Assembly: GCA_965112735.1 (NCBI GenBank)
Contig: OZ218952.1
Coordinates: 3,286,001 to 3,350,000, forward strand
Source: Phaeosaccion multiseriatum
Taxonomy: Eukaryota > Protista > Ochrophyta, other classes
Direction: 5' to 3'
Length of the DNA stretch: 64,000 nt
The position numbers and the translations under genes are program-made. How positions within the stretch are numbered: the stretch's first letter is position 1; every line of letters begins with the position of its first letter. Below the pieces are notes generated by a model. The model saw only the letters and a program-made list of their open reading frames with translations, was not told the DNA's origin and ran no database searches. This document shows positions 9,994 through 19,703 of this stretch, piece after piece.

Positions 9994-12135
9994 TCACTGA
10001 GACCGAGGAGGCACGCGTTCAACACCGGTGACCTGCATCATCACCATCCCCGGCTGGTGTCTGACTTCCCATACTTCGACGCCCGGCCTCTCCTGCAAAT
10101 AGGCCAGCACCGCGGGCTTGAGAACGCTGACGCCGTCCTCACTGCCTCGGCCTCGGCCTGTGATGACTTTGATCTCAGCCCCCGGCTTCGCCTCTAAGAG
10201 CACGTGACGAAGCGCTGCCTTGCTCGGTCCCCTGGTGAAGTCGTGCAAGTCCATCTCCTGCCCCCCTTTCTTCCAGTGATTCAAGACCCCTTGCGATACT
10301 GCCTCTGCGTACAGCTCGTCAGCAGCCTCCTCCTCGCCACCCTCTTGCAGAGCGTCAATGATTGAGTTGTAGGTAACTTCGTTGGGAGCGAGTCCTTCTG
10401 CCTTCATCTCCCTCAGTAAACCCAATGTCTCCACGTGTTGGCTGGCCCTGGCGCATGCGTTAATGGTGGCGTTGTAGGTGATCACGTTGGGAGTGACTCC
10501 TTCTGCCTTCATCTCCCTCAGCAAACCCATTGCCTCCACGTGCTGGTTGGCCTTGGCGCATGCGTTAATGGTGGCACTGTAGCTGATTACGTCGGGAGTG
10601 AGTCCTTCTGCCTTCATCTCCCTCAGCAAGCCCATTGCCTCCACGTGTTGGTTGGTCCTGGCGCATGCGTTAATGGTGGCACTGTAGCTGATTACGTTGG
10701 GAGTGAATCCTTCTGCCTTCATCTCCCTCAGCAAAACCAATGCCTCCACGTGTTGGCTGGCCTTGGCGCATGCGTTAATGGTGGAGGTGTAGCTGATTTC
10801 ATCCGGAGCGAGTCCTTCCGCCTTCATCTCCCTCAGTAAACACATTGCCTCCACGTGTTGGTTGGCCTTGGCGCACGCGTCAATGGTGGAGCTGTAGCTG
10901 ACTGCATCGGGGGTGAGTCCTTCTGCCTTCATCTCCCTCAGTAAACCCAATGCCTCCACGTGTTGATTGGCCTTGGCGCAAGCGTCAATGGTGGAGTTGT
11001 AGCTGATTTCATTGGGAGCGAGTCCTTCCGCCTTCATTTCCCTCAGCAAACCCATTGCCTCCACGTGTTGGTTGGCCCTGGCGCATGCGTTAATGGTGGA
11101 GTTGTAGGTGATCACGTTGGGAGTGACTCCTTCTGCCTTCATCTCCCTCAGCAAACCCATTGCCTCCACGTGCTGGTTGGCCTTGGCGCATGCGTTAATG
11201 GTGGCACTGTAGCTGATTACGTCGGAAGTGAGTCCTTCTGCCTTCATCTCCCTCAGCAAGCCCATTGCCTCCACGTGTTGGTTGGTCCTGGCGCATGCGT
11301 TAATGGTGGAGTTGTAGCTGATTGCATCGGGAGCGAGTCCTTCTGCCTTCATCTCCTTCAGTAAATCCAATGCCTCCACGTGTTGGCTGGCCTTGGCGCA
11401 TGCATTAATGGTGGCGCTGTAGCTGATCACGTTGGGAGTGAGTCCTTTTGCCTTCATCTCCCTCAGTATGCCCATTGCCTCCACCTGTTGGCTAGCCTTG
11501 GCGCATGCATTAATGGTGGCGTTGTAGCTGACTGCATCGGGGGTGAGTCCTTCTGCCTTCATCTCCCTCAGTAAACCCAATGCCTCCACGTGTTGATTGG
11601 CCTTGGCGCAAGCGTCAATGGTGGAGTTGTAGCTGATTTCATTGGGAGTGAGTCCTTCTGCCTTCATCTCCCTCAGTAAACCCAATGCCTCCACGTGTTG
11701 GCTGGCCTTGGCGCAAGCGTTAATGGTGGAACTGTAGCTGATCACATCTGGCATGCAGCCTTCCTTCTTCATCTCTGCCAGAAGAGACAACGCGCCCTTC
11801 CACCGCCCGCACTTCCCAATCGCGGTAATTGCAGCACTCAAACAGTACTGGTTGGGCTTGAGGCCCTTTCGCCGTGCGCGCTCCAGAGTAGGTGCCACCC
11901 TCTTCCAATCCTTTCTCCTTCCCAGATCTTGGATCTTCCTCATCAGCCGTATCTGTCTCGACTTGTCCCTTGCCCTAGCAGAGTAGCAGGACCATTGCTG
12001 GTGGAGAGTAGAGTCGGTACGCCGTTCAGCAGCGGTGCCTCCTACTGATGCGGGTCCTCTTCTATTCCTACCAATGCAAGAGGAGTAGCAGGTTCTGACC
12101 ACCCCCCTCAACCGCATTGCTCTCATCATCAGCAT
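9994..12135 (-). CDS. Intronless PPR-SMR protein (P-type pentatricopeptide array plus C-terminal Smr domain), probably organelle (mitochondrion) targeted, ~713 aa
   Basis: ATG at 12135 is followed by an Arg-rich, acid-free N-terminus (MLMMRAMRLRGVVRTCYSS...). Then come 14-15 35-aa PPR motifs (VISYSATINACAKANQHVEAMGLLREMKAEGLTPN) and the C-terminal Smr signatures MDLHDF...IKVITGRGRGS...LKPAVLAYL...PG. Confidence 0.92.
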   Translation of the reverse strand: MLMMRAMRLRGVVRTCYSSCIGRNRRGPASVGGTAAERRTDSTLHQQWSCYSARARDKSRQIRLMRKIQDLGRRKDWKRVAPTLERARRKGLKPNQYCLSAAITAIGKCGRWKGALSLLAEMKKEGCMPDVISYSSTINACAKASQHVEALGLLREMKAEGLTPNEISYNSTIDACAKANQHVEALGLLREMKAEGLTPDAVSYNATINACAKASQQVEAMGILREMKAKGLTPNVISYSATINACAKASQHVEALDLLKEMKAEGLAPDAISYNSTINACARTNQHVEAMGLLREMKAEGLTSDVISYSATINACAKANQHVEAMGLLREMKAEGVTPNVITYNSTINACARANQHVEAMGLLREMKAEGLAPNEISYNSTIDACAKANQHVEALGLLREMKAEGLTPDAVSYSSTIDACAKANQHVEAMCLLREMKAEGLAPDEISYTSTINACAKASQHVEALVLLREMKAEGFTPNVISYSATINACARTNQHVEAMGLLREMKAEGLTPDVISYSATINACAKANQHVEAMGLLREMKAEGVTPNVITYNATINACARASQHVETLGLLREMKAEGLAPNEVTYNSIIDALQEGGEEEAADELYAEAVSQGVLNHWKKGGQEMDLHDFTRGPSKAALRHVLLEAKPGAEIKVITGRGRGSEDGVSVLKPAVLAYLQERPGVEVWEVRHQPGMVMMQVTGVERVPPRSQ
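10381..11850 (-). repeat. Tandem 105-bp PPR-coding repeat array (14 units)
   Basis: The element 'ttctgccttcatctccctcag...tgcctccacgtg' recurs with exact 105-bp periodicity. Confidence 0.95.
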
Positions 12136-12433
12136 GTTTTTTTGTTTATTGTTTATTGTGTTGTGAGCCAGCCTGTGGGTTTGGGCGAAGAACCAAGTGG
12201 AGCAGCAGGGGAAAAGGGGCGAATATCTGAAATTGCCAATTGCCCCCCCCCCCCAGTTTAAAAGCTTAATAACTTCAGCTCCCCACCAGCAACTCAGTGC
12301 AATGCATAGAGAGAGAGGCGAGAAAAAATAGCTGCTTTCCTTCCGCAGGAGTCGATTCATAAGACAGACAGAGGGAGAGAGAGGTGAAAGAGAAAGAGAG
12401 GGAGGGAGGAGAAGGAGGGCGGGAAAAGGTAGG
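12136..12433. promoter_or_regulatory. Putative bidirectional promoter (PPR-SMR / RAD54B-like)
   Basis: Divergent ATGs at 12135(-) and 12434(+), 298 bp apart. Confidence 0.5.
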
Positions 12434-15400
12434 ATGCGTGTCTTTGCCTGCCTGTACTCCAAGGATGCGCCGCAGAAGAAGCGGAAACGCTTCACTGATG
12501 GCGAACTTCGCTACACGCCTCTTGCACACAAGGTTGGTGGTGCATGCACATATTTCTGCCCTCCCCTCCCTTCTCTCTCCTCCCCGCCCACTCTCAAGTG
12601 TCCTTGCCTCCTTTTACGTGCCCATTATCCCTCTCTCGATGCCAACGTAGTATGAACTGCCTCGTCCGATCCTTCTCGAAGACCATCTCCACCAAAAGAG
12701 CTGGTGCCCCTTCCCCTTTTTTTTCTCTTGCTTCCGGCTTGTGGCCCCGTCCGCGTCCGTCCTGACCGTTGCTGGATAATTATCTCGTCTCTCTTTTGTT
12801 CAATGAAAAGGTGGTGGTGGTGGATGACGATAGCAAGGAGCGGGTGGGTTCGTCCTCCCTCAAGGCAGCAGAGGCGTCCCACTTACTAGCGCAGGTCGGG
12901 GGAGGTGAGGACGTCAAGGTCGGCGCTCTGACGGTGCAGATTGGGTCCGAGAGACACCATTCGAGTGCAGTAGCGCAAGAAGAGGGCGCGGACCTGAAGC
13001 CGCAGGCCCTCCCCAGCAGCGTAGAGCAAGGCGAACCTCTGCCGCAGAAGGGGCAGCATCAGCACCAGTACCAGCACAAGCAGCAGCAGCAGCAGAGGAA
13101 GCCAGGGGGTGTCTTTCGCCGGCCTCTCCAGAAAATCGGCCCTAACGCAGCAGCTCTTGGCAGCAGCAGTGGTGGTGGCCTAAGCCGTAGCGGCAGCAGC
13201 ATTGGTGTGCCTCCGGCGCCGAGGGGGGGGTTCAGACAGCCACGCAAGGCATTTGCCCCTCCTAGGGCCTCTGCGGCGGCGGTGGCGGCCAGGGGGGGGG
13301 TGGAGGGAGGAGAAGGAGGAGAAGAGGGGGGGCGGGCGTGGAAGGTGCACCAGGATGAGGGCCGGGGAGGGAGACAGGGTGCAGGAACATGTTCGGCAGC
13401 GGCAGCGGCGTCGCCAGCATCGGCGACAGAAGCAACCACAGCCACACCCGTGCGGCGACAGCAGCAGCAGCATGAGCAGCAGCAGCATGAGCAGCAGCAG
13501 CGGCGGCCAAGGGCCCAAGCTATAGCAGAGCATGTACCCCCTCCAGAGAAGGATGACTCCGTGCTGGACTATCTCGGGGGAGACCCCAGCAAGCCCGTGC
13601 GCGTGTCTCCCTCGCTCTGGCGCAGGCTGCACCCGCACCAGAGGGCCGGGGTGGGGTTCCTGTGGAAGTGTCTGACGGGGCAGGGCGGCTACGAGGGGAG
13701 AGGGGCCATCTGTGCTGACGAGATGGGCCTGGGTAAGACAGCGACCGCTCTCTCCGTGCTGACTCTGCTGCTGCGCTACAGGCCGAGAGAGGCCAAGAAG
13801 GGGCTGGTGGTGTGCCCTGCCAGCCTGGTGAAGAACTGGGGCAATGAGATTCGCAAGTGGACCACGTTTGGCAACCGCACGCAGCTCGTGAGCGGGGGGG
13901 GGAAGGAGGTAGGTTGAGGTGGGCAGGCGGAGGGGAGGAGGGGAGGGAAGAGGAGAGGGTGGAGGTAGGAGACAGGAGAAAAGACCCGGGGGGGGGGGGG
14001 GGGGTAGGAGGAGAGGAGGGCGGTTGAGACTTTAAATGTGTGTGCCCGTTGCCTCTCTTCCTGCTCAACAACGCCATCACCAAGGTGACTCCAACCAGAC
14101 TGTGAAACTCTTCCCCTCCGCCCCTAATGGCTGCGTCACTTCCCAACATACCAACGATCCAACCAACGTCGTTTGGCTTCACTCTGGCCTGTATCACCAA
14201 CTGCCCTGCCCTGCACCTCTGCCCTGTATCCCTGTATCATCAACTGCCCTACCTCTGTCCGGCCTCGGTCGGCAGGCCAAGGAGCAGGCCCACTCGTTCC
14301 GCATCGGCAGCCCTATGCGCTACACCCTCCTCGTGGTGAGCTACGAGCAGTTCCGCCTCCTTGCACACGAGCTCAATCAAACCGAGGGGCTGGGCCTGCT
14401 CATCTGCGATGAGGGGCATCGCCTCAAGAACACGGGTGGGTGGGTGTAACATGTCATCGAGTGGATGGATGGGTGTAGTATGTCAATGGGTGGGTGGGTG
14501 GGTTGGGAGGTGGGTGGGCCATCCATCAAGCAGACAAGTATATCATCACTCCCTGCAACCAACGCGATGCCACTCGCCCTCTGTCTGAGACAAGTATGCA
14601 TATATTCGAGTATTATGCACATATTCGAGTATCCACAGACTGGTCCTCATCGACTCATCCACACCATCCACGCCCTGCCCATATGCCTACCCCCATCCCA
14701 TCAGACGGCTCCAAGACGCTCTCCGCTCTGCTGGCCTGCCCCGCCGCTGCTCGCCTCCTCCTCACCGGCACTCCCGTGCAGAACAACCTCAAGGAGATGT
14801 TCAGCCTCGCGCACTTTGCCAACCCCGGCCTGCTCGGGACGAGGAAGGACTTTGGGGACAGGTTCTCGGGCCCCATAGAGGCGGCGAGGGACAGGGATGC
14901 GAGCGGGGACCAGGTAGGGGAAGGAGGGAGGGCAGGAAGGGGTGGGAGGGAGAGGGAGAGGGAGAGGGGGGGGGGGGGGGAGGGAGGGAGGGAGAGAGGG
15001 AAGGGCGTGGGGGGGAGGGTGGGAGGGAGAGGGAGAGGGAGAAGGGGGGGGGGGGAGGCGGGAGGAGAGAGAGTCTCGTAGGTCCGCCACACACACACAC
15101 ACACTTCCTCCCCTCTGTCCTGGTGTCCTTCTATCTTCTCTCTTTCCTCTCTCTCTCTTCTCTCTCCCCTCTCTCTCTCCAACGCGCCCTTCACAGCTGG
15201 CGCAGGCGGAGGAGCTGTCGGCAGAGCTGAGGAGAGTCATGTCGAGCTTCATTCTCAGGCGCACCAAGGACGTACTCGGAGGAGGTCAGTACGCGGTGTC
15301 AGGAGTAATGTGTCAAGTGTGAGGTGTCGTGTGTGATCCGTCAGGTATGATTGGTCAGGTGTGAGGTGGCAGGCAGTGTGGCGCAACGGGACCACCTCTT

Positions 15401-18380
15401 CTCTCTCTTTCTCCCCAGCCCCCCGTGTGCCTGTATTTATCAACCCCTGCCATCCCCATATGCCTCTATTCAACAACCCCGCAGGCCTGCCCCCTCTGCG
15501 AGAAGTAACGGTTTTCTGCCGTCTCGCCCCTGCCCAGCGCAGCCTCTACCACCGCCTCCTGCGCAGCCCCCGCGTGAGGGCACTCCTCGGGAAGGAGGCA
15601 CAGGAGAATGATCCTGAGGAGGAGGATGAAGAGGACGAGGAGGAGGGGGAGGGTGCCTATCTTCTTCCGGAGGACGACGAAGAGGGTGGTGGCAGTGTGA
15701 GCAGTGCTTTGATGGGTGGTGGTGTGGGCAGCAGCGGCGGTACGGCGGCCCTCCCCCTCATCAGCGCGCTAAGGCAGGTGTGTAACCACCCCGACACCCT
15801 CAAGGCGGGCTCTCAAATGTCGCCGGCTGTACCACCAACCGCTGTACCAGCAACAGCTGGGGGGGGGTCGGTCGCTTCGTCGGGGAAGGTGACGGTGCTG
15901 ACGGCGCTGCTTACCTCCGTCCGTCTCAACTGCCCCGGGTACGTACCTATGACCATTTGCCTTCCTGCCCATACGCCTGGCACTATGCCTGCCCATATGC
16001 CTGTCGGTCCATACGATATGCCTGCCCATACGCCTGCCGACCCATGTGCCTGCCTACATGCCTGCCCCTTTCCAAACTACCCAAACCCGTTCCGCCCCCA
16101 TCCGCGCCCCCTGCCCGTTCCCCTGCCCTTTTGACTGACCCCTCTTCTGCCCATTCGACCCCCCCCGCCCCTCCTCACAGGGAGAAGGTGGTGATCTCCT
16201 CCAACTTCTCGAGCAGCCTTGACGTGCTTGCCCTCATGGCGAAGCAGCAGGGCTGGGGCTTCTGCAGGCTGGACGGAGGCACCAAAAGCTCAATGCGGCA
16301 GGGGCTGGTGAGCGCCTTTAACAAGGCCACGCCTGACCACACCTTCCTATTCCTGCTCTCTGCCAAGGTCAGCCAGTCAGGCAGTCACTCACTCACTCAC
16401 TCACTCACTCACTCACTCACTCACTCACTCACTCACTCACTCACTCACTCACTCACTCACTCACTCACTCACTCACTCACTCACTCACTCACTCACTCAC
16501 TCACTCACTCACTCACTCACTCACTCACTCACTCACTCACTCACTCACTCACTCACTCACTCACTCACTCACTCACTCACTCACTCACTCACGCACGCAC
16601 TCACTCACTCACTCACTCACTCACTCACTCACTCATCAGTCAGTTATTGAGACACGTAGTCAGGCACTCAGTCAGTCAGTGAATCCATGCCCACTCATGC
16701 ACCCGTTTTGTCCGGCCCCGTGGTACCCATCTCTCCTGTCCTCCCTATGGCACCCTATGGCTCTACACCTCAGTCAAAGTCTCTCTCAACCCCCCCTCAT
16801 CCCCCTCCTCGTCTACCCCCTCGTGCCGGTCTCTCTCCTTGCGCCCAGGCGGGCGGTGTGGGGCTGAACATGACGGGCGCTTCCAAAATTGTCCTCTTCG
16901 ACCAAGGCAAGTGAGGAAATGGAAACGACCTGCCTGCGTATCCGAGGTTGGAGGAGGAAGCAGCTTCTGCCTGTCCGTGGTTGGCGTACACTCATCTGAC
17001 TGACGCTGCTGTCATGCCTGGTTGGTCGGTCTTGCTAACCCTTCTCCGGTCTCTCTGCTGTGCCTCTCTGCTCTGCATCTCTGCTCTACCTCTATGCTCT
17101 GCTCTCCCTCTATGCGCTGCTCTACGGAATGCAATGCGTCGCCGGTCCCAGACTGGAACCCCGCAACTGACCGCCAAGGTGCGTGGGCACCGAGCCAAGA
17201 GCCAAGTGCCAAGAGCCTCTCGCTGCCGAGCTGCGGGCGGTGACGTCGGTAGCGAAACATGGCATCGACGCCCCTTCCTCTTCCTTACTCACCCCCCCTG
17301 CCCCCCCCCCTCTCACCCTTTCTTCCCCCACCTCTCCTCTCCTCTCTGCAGTGGTGGGGCGAGTGTGGCGCTTGGGCCAGCGCAGTGACGTCACCGCTTA
17401 CCGCCTCATTAGCACGTACGTAACGTGTGTGTGCGCGCGTGTGTGTTTGAGTGTGCGGCCATGTACGTGTGTGTGCCTGTGCGTGTGTGTTTGAGTGTGT
17501 GGCCATGTACGTGTGCGTGCCTGTGCGTGTGCGTGTGCGAGTGTGTGTATGTGTCGGAGAGGTGCGTGTAGCAGCTGGAAGCGTGCATCCGGGAGGATAA
17601 CGAACGCGTTTGCCCTTTGTTTTCCCTATGGCCACCCTCGCTGCTCCGTACGCCGATGCTCTCTGCTTTCTGCTGTGTGCGCATATGCGTGCGCGTGCGT
17701 GCGTGTGCGTGTTGTTATGCATGCATCAGGGGCACGCTGGAGGAGTGCATTTACCAGAGACAGCTTTACAAGGAGGAGCTCTACAGCGTGCTGCGGCAGC
17801 AGGGAGTTGAGGAGGCAGGAGCAGAGGAGGAGGAGGAGGCAGAGGAAGACGACGTGGAGGAGGAAGCAGGCGACCGATACAATCGGGGCCAGCGTCGCCG
17901 CTCGGACAGCCGACAATGCGAAGAGGTGGAAGGCGACGACAACGGCGACGAGGGGGAGGAGGAAGGCACGTGGGAAGGCACGTGGGAAGGGCAGGATGGG
18001 GGTGAAGGGCAGGATGGGGGCTGGTTCGCGGACGCCGGCGGCGGCACGGGAAGCAAAGGCAGCAAGGAGGGCGTACGCGACACCAACTTGCTCTCCTTGT
18101 CTTCGTGTTCCTCGTCGGACCCTTCCGACGACTTCGAAGAGGAGGGCGGCGAAGAGGCGGGGAGGGAGTGTCAGGACACACTGGGTGGGAGGGGGGGGAG
18201 GAGGCGCACACGGCGTTCAGACACAGACGGAGGGAGAGGGATGGCTGACACTAGGGGTGGCAAGGGGCAGTTTCTGCTGGAGGAACTCAAGGATCTGTTC
18301 GTGCTGAGGGAGGACACACAGTGCGATACAGCGGACAAGATGGGCGGAGGCGGGGGCGGAGACAACAGCGATGATGGTGG

Positions 18381-18432
<52 letters not shown>

Positions 18433-18735
18433 GGTGGTGGTAGCGATGATTGTAGCGGCAAGAAGGAGGCGACGAAGGAGAAGAGGAAGGGCAAGAAGGA
18501 GAAGGGCAGCAGCAGCAGCAGGGACTGGGGAAGGTACGCGGGGCATGAGAGCATCGAGGACGACCCCTTGCGTCTGGCCCTGCTGCCCCTTGCCCTGTCC
18601 CCGTCCCTGTCGCTGCCCCCCCCTCCCGACCTCGGCCCTCCTGTAGCCTCTGCCTCTGTCGCCGCCGATGTGGTGTCGTACGTGCGGATGGAGACGCGGA
18701 TGCTGCAGAAGGCAGCGGATGGAGGAGCTTGTTAG
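12434..18735 (+). CDS. RAD54B: RAD54B/Rdh54-like SNF2-family DNA translocase, 11 exons
   Basis: Approximate exons: 12434-12532, 12811-13908, 14276-14435, 14705-14913, 15197-15283, 15485-15938, 16181-16367, 16849-16906, 17152-17178, 17352-17415, 17730-18735; phases checked at most junctions. Motifs: N-terminal FACLY..KKRKRFTDG (RAD54B/DUF2439-like), [99 protein letters not shown]. Confidence 0.85.
16385..16633 (+). repeat. (TCAC)n microsatellite in a RAD54B intron
   Basis: About 60 tandem TCAC units. Confidence 0.95.
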
Positions 18736-19095
18736 GAAACTGAAACTGAAACCGCCACTGGGACTGAGGCTGAGGCCGAGGCTGACGCTGGGATGGAGGA
18801 CGAGGATGGTTGCGGTTACGGGTGTCGAGAGAGGAAGATGGGGCACAAGAGGGTGTCGAGAGAGGGAGATGGGGCACCAGAGGGCACAAGAGGGCAGCAG
18901 TTTTTGTAGTCGTTGTGCTGAAGCGCCAGACACCACCAACTGCAGGAGCCGAGGGACCAGGCCTGGAGAGAGAAGGTTACTGAGGAGAAGGAGAGAAGCC
19001 CCACCCCAAACTGTATGTACTTGTGTGAATAGTGAAATGGTGAAATTATGGTGAAGCAGTGAAGCTGCTCTACCTTCCATCTAACGTGTTGTCAA

Positions 19096-19183
19096 TCTAT
19101 CTCTCTGTCTCTCTGTCTGTCTGTCTGTCCATCTCTGTCTGTCTGTCTCTCTGTCTCTCTGTCTCTCTGTCTGTCTGTCCATC

Positions 19184-19282
<99 letters not shown>

Positions 19283-19287
19283 CTCTC

Positions 19288-19346
<59 letters not shown>

Positions 19347-19385
19347 GTCTGTCTGTGTGTCTATCTGTCTGTCTGTCTGTCTGGA
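19096..19385 (+). repeat. (TCTG)n/(TC)n microsatellite between convergent genes
   Basis: Directly visible. Confidence 0.9.
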
Positions 19386-19703
19386 ATACCTTATGACAAG
19401 GTTCTGCTACTCTCTCTCTCTCTCTCTGTACACACCCGTATGTTTTGAGGTACTTCTAAGTAAATGATAGGCGCAAACGCTTTGTGCGGGGAGCGAACGC
19501 ACTCCTCTCGGCTCAGCTCAGCTCAGCTTAGTTCACTTCAGCAGTACTCCAATCCGCGTCCCTGCTGCCCCCCTACCTCCCCCCCCCTCTCCCGCTCCTC
19601 ATGATGCTGTTGCTTCTTCTGCTTGAACTTCTCCTCGGATCCTCCTGTCCCCGTCTTGCCCCTGCCGCCGCGGCCACTCCCAGGGACCCAACTAGAGTCC
19701 CAA

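Noticed and set aside
10381-11220. Resemblance of the 3' half of the predicted PPR target (AYUGAGAY) to the conserved SSU rRNA word ACUGAGAC
   Set aside because: An 8-nt degenerate match with a mismatching 5' half is not significant without the organellar sequence.
10381-11850. Regular repeats resembling a CRISPR array
   Set aside because: No unique spacers; the 105-bp in-frame units encode PPR motifs, and the context is eukaryotic.
12136-12495. N-terminal 120 aa of the 833-aa ORF call
   Set aside because: It starts at a non-ATG codon, overlaps RAD54B exon 1 and the promoter, and is low-complexity; ATG 12135 gives a sensible presequence.
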